Source of the DNA: Alphaproteobacteria bacterium
Lineage (GTDB): Bacteria; Pseudomonadota; Alphaproteobacteria; DATDPM01
Length of the DNA: 49,423 nt
NCBI GenBank assembly: GCA_035292745.1
Contig: DATDPM010000011.1
Span: 1 to 49,423, forward strand
Direction of reading: 5' to 3'
A program made the translations under genes and the position numbers. How positions within the stretch are numbered: the stretch's first letter is position 1; each line of letters begins with the position of its first letter. Shown piece by piece: positions 36,943-44,359 of the stretch. The notes below the pieces were generated by a model. The model did not search any database, was not told the origin of the DNA, and worked only from the letters and a program-made list of their open reading frames with translations.

Positions 36943-37979
36943 GACTCGGCATCAACGGATTCGGACGGATCGGCCGCTGCATTGCCCGGCTCGCCTCGGC
37001 GAGCGCGGACATCGAGATCGCTGCCGTCAACGACCTTGCTTCCGACATCGCCAATCTCGCCTATCTCTATAACTACGACTCGACCTACGGTCGTTCGCCA
37101 TTGCGGGCCGAGGCCGACCCCGCCCGCCGCGAGATCGCCATCGGCGGCACAACCATTACGTTCTTCAGCCGGGCTTCCGCGACGGACGTCCCGTGGGAGG
37201 ACGCCGGTGTCGATATCCTTGTTGACGCAACCGGAATCGCGGCGAATGTCGTGGCGGATCGGGAATTGACCGCCGCAAGCCGGGTGAAGCGTGTCATCGT
37301 AACGCACTCTCCAGATTCCGGCGTGGATCGCTATCTCATCATGGGCGTCAACGATTCCGCATATGATGCGGAACATGATCGCGTCGTGTCCGCCAGCATT
37401 TGCGACGCAAACGCCATCGCCCATCCGTTGCAGGCGCTGGACGCGCATTACGGCATCGAGAGCGGCTTCGTCACAACTCTTCACCCGTGGCTCTCTTATC
37501 AGAATTTGGTGGATGCGCCCGCATCGTGGCAGTCGCGCCCCGGCCTTTATTGGGCCGATTTTTCGCTCGGGCGCATGAGCACGGGAACCCTCATCCCCAA
37601 GAACACGACGGCGGTTTCCGTGTTGCGGCCGGTTCTCCCGGATCTCGCCACAAAGCTCGCGGGGTTCTCTTACCGAACCCCGACCCATATCGTCTGCTCC
37701 GCCGACCTGACATTGCGGCTTTCTGCCGACACGACCGCGGACGAGCTTTTGGAATTCCTCTCACAAAATTTCCAGGGATCGCCCTACGTTGGAATCAACT
37801 TCGAATCTCTTGTCGGCACGGACTATCTGGGCGATCCGCACTCCGCCATCATCGATGCGCAATGGCTCAACGTGATCGGCGGTAGAATGATCAAGCTTGT
37901 ACTGTGGTACGACAATGAATTTGGCTACAGCAATCGCGTGATCGACATCGCCAGAATGATGGCGCGCGGCCCGCATTGA
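36939..37979 (+). CDS. Atypical glyceraldehyde-3-phosphate dehydrogenase-family oxidoreductase
   Basis: INGFGRIGR and WYDNEFGYSNRV are canonical. The active-site segment is SASICDANA instead of SNASCTTNC, with Cys retained. TTLHPW retains the catalytic His position. Confidence 0.8.
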   Translation: MRLGINGFGRIGRCIARLASASADIEIAAVNDLASDIANLAYLYNYDSTYGRSPLRAEADPARREIAIGGTTITFFSRASATDVPWEDAGVDILVDATGIAANVVADRELTAASRVKRVIVTHSPDSGVDRYLIMGVNDSAYDAEHDRVVSASICDANAIAHPLQALDAHYGIESGFVTTLHPWLSYQNLVDAPASWQSRPGLYWADFSLGRMSTGTLIPKNTTAVSVLRPVLPDLATKLAGFSYRTPTHIVCSADLTLRLSADTTADELLEFLSQNFQGSPYVGINFESLVGTDYLGDPHSAIIDAQWLNVIGGRMIKLVLWYDNEFGYSNRVIDIARMMARGPH

Positions 37980-37985
37980 TTCGGC

Positions 37986-38669
37986 TTAGAGCGGAAGCCG
38001 CGCCCGCGCCGACTCCCAATCCTCGGAGTAGGTGATCTTGATGTTTTCCGAATCGCCGGGAACGAGACGGATGCGATATCCCGCGCGCGTCACCAGCCCG
38101 GTGGTGCTCTGCTCCTCCCACCCTTGTGCCTCGGCCTGCCGGTAAGCATCCAAAAGCCAGTCGCGGCGATAGGCCTGGGGCGTCTGCGTGAAGACGACGT
38201 TCTCGCGGGGAAGGGGCGCGATCATCTCTTCGCCCTCGGCGAGGCCGATCGCGTCGGCGCGGCTCGCGGGGAGAAAGACGCTGGCGGCGCCCGATTCACC
38301 CGCCGCGGCCAGCACGGTCTCGAACAACCGGGCTGCCGCGAAAGGCCGCGCCACGTCGTGGACAACGACGAAGTCTTTCGTGGCGCGAGAAAGAAGAATT
38401 GCGAGCGTCTCCTGCCTTGTTGCGCCGCCGGCCGTCACCTTCGCACCAAGGTCGGCAACGGTGGCGCTGCCGCGCTCCACGTCCCCGGCTCGGACTCCGG
38501 CCAATATTTCGCCGCAATAAGGCCGGACCAGCTCCACCGCGCGCCGCAGCAAGGTCGTGCCGCCCGTTTCGAGAAAAGCCTTCGCCAGGTTGCCCATGCG
38601 CGCGCCGGAGCCTGCGCCCAGGATAAGCGCGGCCACGTTGCGCGGCGCGGGCAGGGAAGCCGCCGTCAT
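37986..38669 (-). CDS. IspD/TarI-family cytidylyltransferase
   Basis: ALILGAGSGARMG ... VVVHDVARPF ... TQTPQAY. ATGA overlap with the upstream TPR-TagF gene. Confidence 0.82.
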   Translation of the reverse strand: MTAASLPAPRNVAALILGAGSGARMGNLAKAFLETGGTTLLRRAVELVRPYCGEILAGVRAGDVERGSATVADLGAKVTAGGATRQETLAILLSRATKDFVVVHDVARPFAAARLFETVLAAAGESGAASVFLPASRADAIGLAEGEEMIAPLPRENVVFTQTPQAYRRDWLLDAYRQAEAQGWEEQSTTGLVTRAGYRIRLVPGDSENIKITYSEDWESARARLPL

Positions 38670-40519
38670 GGCGCCCGCTCGATCTTGAGCGCCGTCACAT
38701 CGGCGGCGATGCGCTCCACGGCGCGCCCATCGGTCAGATCCCCGAACAAGAGGCGGCGGTAATGGGCGCGGCGATCTCGTCTGCTATCGGGATCGTCGAG
38801 TCCGCGCGCCACGGCGGCGGCAAGATCGGAAACGTCGAAAACCTCCTCGCCCATGTCCCGCCAGGTCCACTCCGGCCCGTTCGGATCGAAGCGCTCCTTG
38901 TCCTTTCCGGCATCGGGGTTGGTGATCAGCACGATCGGCCGGTCGAGCGCGAGATACATCATCGTCGCGCTGGAGGCATCCGACACCAGAAGATCGGCCG
39001 CCTTGAGATAGGGAACGAGGTCCGCCGCCGGGTCCTCGACGAGGAAAACGCCCGGCTCGCGCGCCGCCGCCGCCCGCCACCAATCCATCCACGCGGCTCG
39101 GTGCGCGCAGATGTGGGGATGCGGCTTGATGATGATCGAGATGTCGCGCCGCGTGCCGCGGATGAGCTCGACCGTGCGCGGGCCCAGCATGGGCGCCGAG
39201 GAAAGAAAATCGTTGAACGTCGGCGCATAGAGCACCGTCTTCATTCCGCGCGGCAGGGCGAAGGGAAGCGGCAGCGAACCGTCGCGGAACAGCGGGTCGG
39301 CCTGCGCGTAACCGGTGATCCAGAACCCCTTGCGCGGCACAATGCCGTTCTCGATGTACCATTGCTTCGAGGCTTCGCTCGTAATGCAGGCGTAGTCGGA
39401 CATCGGTACGGCTCTGCCGGGGGAATTCTTGCTGATAAGCCCGTGCCGCGTGAAAACGAATTGGGCGCGGGGGACTAGGCGCCGCAGCGGCTCGGACTGC
39501 GCGTCGGCGACGATCACGATGTCGGGGTCGAATTCGACGAGCCGCCTCGCGTCGGCGGTGACGATGGCCCGGTGCCGCTTGGCCAATTCCTCGAACAAGG
39601 GGCGCAGGATCGCGTCGTGGAAGCGCTGGTTGATGTGCAGCGCCACGCGCTTGGCGCCGGGCGGAAGATCGGGATGCCGTAGCACGGCTTCCAAATTCGC
39701 GATCTCGGCGGCGACAAATACGTCACCGGGCCGCGCCGCGAGCGCCCGCCGGAAACTTGCGAGCGCACGGTCCTGCCGGCCCAGCGCCAGTTCCGCGAGC
39801 CCCATCTGATACTGGACTCGGCCCAAACCGGCGCGCCGCGCCAGCGCCTGTTCGAGCGCCGGCAGCGCATCTGCCGGCCGGCCCAGCCGGCGCAGCGCCG
39901 TTCCCATCAAAAGCCAGGCCTCGCCGTTCCGGGGGTTCAGGCTGGTCGAGCGGCGCAGGCATTCGATCCCGCCTTGGAGGTCCGCGTCCTGCTGAATGAA
40001 TGTCAAACCCAAATTGGTCCACGCTATCGCGAAATCGGGCTTGAGGCGCACCGCCATCCGGTAATGATGCTCGGCCTTCTCGCTCATGCCCCCGTCGAGA
40101 AACACATTGCCCACGTCGTTGTGAAAGACCGGATTGTCGGGGTCGAGGGCGAGTGCGCGCTGAAAACATTGGATGGCGAGCGCATTCTCTCCTTTGGCCC
40201 GCGCCTCCCCGCCCTTGGCGTTCCACTGCAGGGCCTCCGCCTGTTTTGCGGCATCGGCGGGCTGCGCGGGCGCTTTGCGGGGTCCGGTTGCAGGCGCATC
40301 CCACCCGGCGGGTGCCGCATCGGAAAACCCGGGCGGCGCGGCCTTCAGGCGGTCCGGCTCTGGCGCTTTGACCGGGCCGGGTCTTGCCTTGGCCGGTTTC
40401 GCGCCGGCCGGCTTGCGTGCCCGCTCGCGCGCTTTCCCTTTGCCCTTTCCCCGCCGCGGTGCCGTGGCCGTTCCTCCCCCGATTGCAGGCAAGATATCGT
40501 GCGCGGGCGCGGCGCCCAA
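38666..40519 (-). CDS. TPR-repeat protein fused to a CDP-glycerol glycerophosphotransferase (TagB/TagF family) domain. The start is uncertain.
   Basis: The N-terminal approximately 100 aa are basic and Pro/Ala-rich. TPR repeats follow (AIQCFQRALALDPDNPVFHNDVGNV ... ). The C-terminal Glyphos_transf-like region reads VLYAPTF ... IIIKPHPH ... LLVSDASSATMMYLALDRPIV. The listed start is TTG. Confidence 0.8.
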   Translation of the reverse strand: MGAAPAHDILPAIGGGTATAPRRGKGKGKARERARKPAGAKPAKARPGPVKAPEPDRLKAAPPGFSDAAPAGWDAPATGPRKAPAQPADAAKQAEALQWNAKGGEARAKGENALAIQCFQRALALDPDNPVFHNDVGNVFLDGGMSEKAEHHYRMAVRLKPDFAIAWTNLGLTFIQQDADLQGGIECLRRSTSLNPRNGEAWLLMGTALRRLGRPADALPALEQALARRAGLGRVQYQMGLAELALGRQDRALASFRRALAARPGDVFVAAEIANLEAVLRHPDLPPGAKRVALHINQRFHDAILRPLFEELAKRHRAIVTADARRLVEFDPDIVIVADAQSEPLRRLVPRAQFVFTRHGLISKNSPGRAVPMSDYACITSEASKQWYIENGIVPRKGFWITGYAQADPLFRDGSLPLPFALPRGMKTVLYAPTFNDFLSSAPMLGPRTVELIRGTRRDISIIIKPHPHICAHRAAWMDWWRAAAAREPGVFLVEDPAADLVPYLKAADLLVSDASSATMMYLALDRPIVLITNPDAGKDKERFDPNGPEWTWRDMGEEVFDVSDLAAAVARGLDDPDSRRDRRAHYRRLLFGDLTDGRAVERIAADVTALKIERAP

Positions 40520-40615
40520 TAGCTTTCCGCCCCGGCCGTTTCCGGGTTAAATGCTTGCAACGCCACGTCTATTGCATTAGCAGATGGGGCGCGCGCCTCC
40601 TGCCTCCGTGGGGCC

Positions 40616-41194
40616 ATGGATCTCGACGCCTTTTTCGACGCCCAGTTCGCCGAGCACGAGGCGGTGGCCAAGGCCACCGCGGGAAGCTTGCGGGTGCCGT
40701 TCCGCAATCTCGTCATGGCTTGCGTGCAGGCCATCGAAGGCGGCAACAAGCTGCTGTTCTTCGGCAATGGTGGAAGTGCGGCGGATGCCCAGCATCTCGC
40801 GACCGAATTGACGGTGCGGTTTTCGGCAAATCGCGCTCCCATCGCCGCACTCGCGCTGACCACCGACACGTCCGCCCTCACCGCCATCGGCAACGACCTC
40901 GGCTTCGATGAATTGTTCGCGCGCCAGGTCGCGGCGCTGGGCAAGGCAGGCGATGTCGCAATCGGGATCAGCACATCCGGGCGCAGCGTCAATGTCGTGC
41001 GCGCGCTCGAATGTGCCCGCGAGAACGGGCTTGTTGCGGCGGCGCTTTCGGGCAATGACGGCGGCGCGCTCAAGGGGCTCGCCGAACCGCTCTTGATCGT
41101 GCCTTCGAGAGTGACGGCGCGGATTCAGGAAATGCACATCACCTTGGGGCAGATGCTATGCGCGGCGCTGGAGCGGGAGTTGGGGCTGGTCTGA
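40616..41194 (+). CDS. gmhA: D-sedoheptulose-7-phosphate isomerase
   Basis: SIS domain with FGNGGSAADAQHLATEL and GISTSGRS. Confidence 0.9.
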   Translation: MDLDAFFDAQFAEHEAVAKATAGSLRVPFRNLVMACVQAIEGGNKLLFFGNGGSAADAQHLATELTVRFSANRAPIAALALTTDTSALTAIGNDLGFDELFARQVAALGKAGDVAIGISTSGRSVNVVRALECARENGLVAAALSGNDGGALKGLAEPLLIVPSRVTARIQEMHITLGQMLCAALERELGLV

Positions 41195-41279
41195 TGGCCG
41201 GTGCGCGCCGGATTGCGCCGCCTTGGGCGTTGGCGAAGCGTCGTGTGCGGCGTACCATGACGGCCCAACGGGGGCTACC

Positions 41280-42743
41280 GTGACAGAACGATCCGATCTT
41301 GCCGCCCTGGTGGAAAGCTTCACCCGCGCGCGCGTCTTGTGCGTGGGCGATGTCATGCTCGACCGCTACATCTACGGCGAGGTCGAGCGGATTTCGCCCG
41401 AGGCGCCGATCCCGGTGTTCCGGATCGAACGCGAGACGGCGATGGTCGGCGGCGCCGGGAATGTGGCCCGCAATATCGCGGCGCTGGGCGCCTGGACGCG
41501 GCTTGTCGGCGTGGCGGGCGACGACGCCGCAGGCGCCGAGCTGCGCACGCTGCTGGCGGCGGAGCCGGGAATCGCCCCTGCCATCCTGATCGAGGAATCG
41601 CGCCCCACCACCATCAAGACCCGCTATGTCGCCGCCCGCCAGCAGATGCTCCGCGCCGACCGCGAGTCGAATCTGCCGATTTCGGATCGTGTGCGCAGCG
41701 CGATGGTGAATATCGTGCGCCAGGAGCTTCCCGATTGCGGCGTGATGGTTCTGTCCGACTACGGCAAGGGTGTCCTGTCGGCCGAGGCGCTGCGCGGCGT
41801 GATCGCGACGGCCCGCGGTTACGCCCGCCCGGTCGTCGTCGACCCCAAAGGTCCCGATTTCACGCGCTACCGCGGCGCCTCTGTGATCACGCCGAACCGG
41901 CGCGAGCTCGCCGCAGCGACCAACATGCCGGTCGATACCGACGCGGCCATCGTCGCCGCCGCGCGGCGGGTGGCGGATACCTGCGGCATCGAAAACGTGC
42001 TGGTGACGCGCAGCGAATCGGGCGTCACGCTCGTGCTGGGGCGCGGCGAAGCCTTCCATATCCCGGCCAGGCCGCGCGCGGTGTTCGATGTCTCGGGCGC
42101 GGGCGATACGGTGGCGGCAACCATGGCGGTGGCGTGCGCCGCGGGCATCGCCTGGCCCGAGGCGGCGCGCCTCGCCAATGCCGCGGGCGGCATCGTGGTG
42201 GGCAAGCCGGGCACGGCGGTGGCCCGCGGCGACGAGCTGGTGGCGGCCCTCCATACCCAGGATCTCATGACCGGCGAGGACAAGATCGCGACGCTCCCCA
42301 TCGCCCTCGACCGGATCGCCGCCTGGCGGGAAAGCGGCCTCAAGATCGGCTTCACCAACGGCTGCTTCGACCTCATCCATCCCGGCCACGTCTCCCTGCT
42401 GGCCCAGGCCAGGGGCGCCTGCGACCGGCTGGTGGTGGGGCTCAACAGCGACGCCTCGGTCCGCCGCCTCAAGGGCGAAGGCCGTCCGGTCCAGTCGGAG
42501 GCGGCCCGCGCCCAGGTCCTGGCCTCGCTGGGGGCGGTCGATCTGGTCGTCATTTTCGCCGAGGAAACCCCGGTCCGCCTGATCGAAGCGATCCACCCCG
42601 ACGTCCTGGTCAAAGGCGCCGACTACCGGCGCGACCAGGTGGTGGGGGGCGAAATCGTCGAATCCTACGGTGGCCGGATCTTGCTGGCCGAGATCGTGCC
42701 GGGCCACAGCACCACCGCGACGCTGGCCAAACTGGCCCGCTAG
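41280..42743 (+). CDS. hldE: Bifunctional D-beta-D-heptose-7-phosphate kinase / D-beta-D-heptose-1-phosphate adenylyltransferase
   Basis: VGDVMLDRYIYG, FDVSGAGDTV, and a cytidylyltransferase-like FTNGCFDLIHPGHV. GTG 41280 preferred. The ORF is listed from TTG 41223. Confidence 0.9.
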   Translation: MTERSDLAALVESFTRARVLCVGDVMLDRYIYGEVERISPEAPIPVFRIERETAMVGGAGNVARNIAALGAWTRLVGVAGDDAAGAELRTLLAAEPGIAPAILIEESRPTTIKTRYVAARQQMLRADRESNLPISDRVRSAMVNIVRQELPDCGVMVLSDYGKGVLSAEALRGVIATARGYARPVVVDPKGPDFTRYRGASVITPNRRELAAATNMPVDTDAAIVAAARRVADTCGIENVLVTRSESGVTLVLGRGEAFHIPARPRAVFDVSGAGDTVAATMAVACAAGIAWPEAARLANAAGGIVVGKPGTAVARGDELVAALHTQDLMTGEDKIATLPIALDRIAAWRESGLKIGFTNGCFDLIHPGHVSLLAQARGACDRLVVGLNSDASVRRLKGEGRPVQSEAARAQVLASLGAVDLVVIFAEETPVRLIEAIHPDVLVKGADYRRDQVVGGEIVESYGGRILLAEIVPGHSTTATLAKLAR

Positions 42744-42967
42744 GCGACCCGCCCCGGACCCTCCCGCGGCCGGCGCCGCCGATCCCGCGGCTCACGCGAT
42801 CACCGGCCTTCGGCGCAGTCCGATTAAGCCGGTGTTAACCGATTTCGGGCCAAGATTTCACTCAGCCATTGGGCCGCCGCTCCCTGCAGCCCGTCGCCGT
42901 TCCGGCCCGCGGGAAAAGGGGGGCCTGCCCGCGCCGTCGCCTCAAGCCTCGTCGCAAGGAATCGACC

Positions 42968-44215
42968 ATGAATTTCGGATTCGTCAGTAAGAAGCTGCTT
43001 CTCAAGGCCAAGTCCGAGAGGGACCAGTTCAGGAAGTGGTTCGAATCGGCCATGATGATGGTCGATCACGTTCCCATCAGCTTGATGTGGTGCAACGCCG
43101 AGGACGGTTTTGCCATCACCTATATGAACAACGCGGCCAAGAAGTCGCTGGAAATGATCGAAAGCCACCTTTCCTGCTCGGTGAAGGAGGTGAGCGGAAA
43201 AAAGATCGACGTTCTGTTCGCGGCGGCCGGCGTAGCGGCCCCCGACGTCACCCGCAATGCGGAGTTTCATGGCCAGCTGCATATCGGCGTCGAGGTGCTG
43301 GACCTCACGGTCCACTCCATCTACGACAAGAATAAGACCTGCTGCGGGGCGATGGTGACGTGGCGCAGCGTGACGCGCGAGACGCAGCTTGCCGACACCT
43401 TCGAGGCGAACATCAAGGGCGTGGTCGAGACGATTTCCTCGTCGGCCACCGAATTGGAGGCGAGCGCCCAGACCATGACCGCCGTCGCCGACCAGGCGAA
43501 CGAGCGCTCGACGGCCGTCGCCGCAGCCTCCGAAGAGGCATCGAGCAACGTCCAGACCGTGGCCGCCGCCGCCGAAGAGCTTTCGGCGTCGATCACCGAA
43601 ATCGGCCGCCAGGTCCATCAGTCGAACAACATCTGCGCCAACGCGGTGGAAGAGGCCAGGCACGTCAACGCGACCGTGCAAAACCTGGCCGAGGGCGCCC
43701 AGCGCATCGGCGAGGTCGTGGCCCTCATCAACGACATCGCCGATCAAACCAACTTGCTCGCCCTCAACGCCACGATCGAGGCGGCTCGCGCCGGCGATGC
43801 CGGCAAGGGCTTTGCCGTGGTGGCGAACGAAGTGAAGTCGCTTGCCAACCAGACCGGCAAGGCGACCGAGGACATCGCCGCGCAGATCACCGCGATCCAA
43901 GGTGCGACTCAGGAAGCGGTGGGCGCCATCCAGGGCATCGGCACCACTATCGCCAAGATCAACGAGATCGCCACGGCCATCGCCGCGGCGGTCGAGGAAC
44001 AGGGCACGGCCATCCAGGAGATCGCCCGCAACGTGAGCCAAGCCGCCTCGGGCACGCAGGACGTCTCCAAGAACATCTCGGGCGTGCGCGAAGTCGCCGG
44101 CGAAGCCGGTCAGGCTTCGGCCCACGTGCTCATGGCGGCCCGCGATCTGAACGTGCAGTCCGAGAAGCTCCGCACCGAAGTCGACAAATTCCTCGGCATC
44201 ATCCGCGCCGCGTGA
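42968..44215 (+). CDS. Soluble methyl-accepting chemotaxis protein with an N-terminal PAS-like domain
   Basis: No TM segments. The highly conserved signalling hairpin is [40 protein letters not shown] lies before ATG 42968. Confidence 0.88.
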   Translation: MNFGFVSKKLLLKAKSERDQFRKWFESAMMMVDHVPISLMWCNAEDGFAITYMNNAAKKSLEMIESHLSCSVKEVSGKKIDVLFAAAGVAAPDVTRNAEFHGQLHIGVEVLDLTVHSIYDKNKTCCGAMVTWRSVTRETQLADTFEANIKGVVETISSSATELEASAQTMTAVADQANERSTAVAAASEEASSNVQTVAAAAEELSASITEIGRQVHQSNNICANAVEEARHVNATVQNLAEGAQRIGEVVALINDIADQTNLLALNATIEAARAGDAGKGFAVVANEVKSLANQTGKATEDIAAQITAIQGATQEAVGAIQGIGTTIAKINEIATAIAAAVEEQGTAIQEIARNVSQAASGTQDVSKNISGVREVAGEAGQASAHVLMAARDLNVQSEKLRTEVDKFLGIIRAA

Positions 44216-44250
44216 TAGGGCGCGCCGGAAAACATCGCCGAAAGCATCAA

Positions 44251-44280
44251 GGGCCGCCATCGAAGCGGCCCTTTTTCTTT
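44251..44280 (+). terminator. Rho-independent terminator after the MCP gene
   Basis: Stem GGGCCGC / GCGGCCC with a 7-nt loop, followed by TTTTTCTTT. Confidence 0.7.
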
Positions 44281-44304
44281 ATCCGCAGGGGCTCGAATTT
44301 CTTC

Positions 44305-44354
44305 GCGGGTGCGGGTGCGGCTGCGGCTGCGGCTGCGCGCCGGCTGCGGCCGCG
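44305..44354. repeat. Short imperfect hexanucleotide tandem repeat (GCGGGT x2, GCGGCT x3, then degenerate copies)
   Basis: Read directly from the sequence between the convergent MCP and hybrid kinase genes. Confidence 0.8.
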
Positions 44355-44359
44355 CCGTC

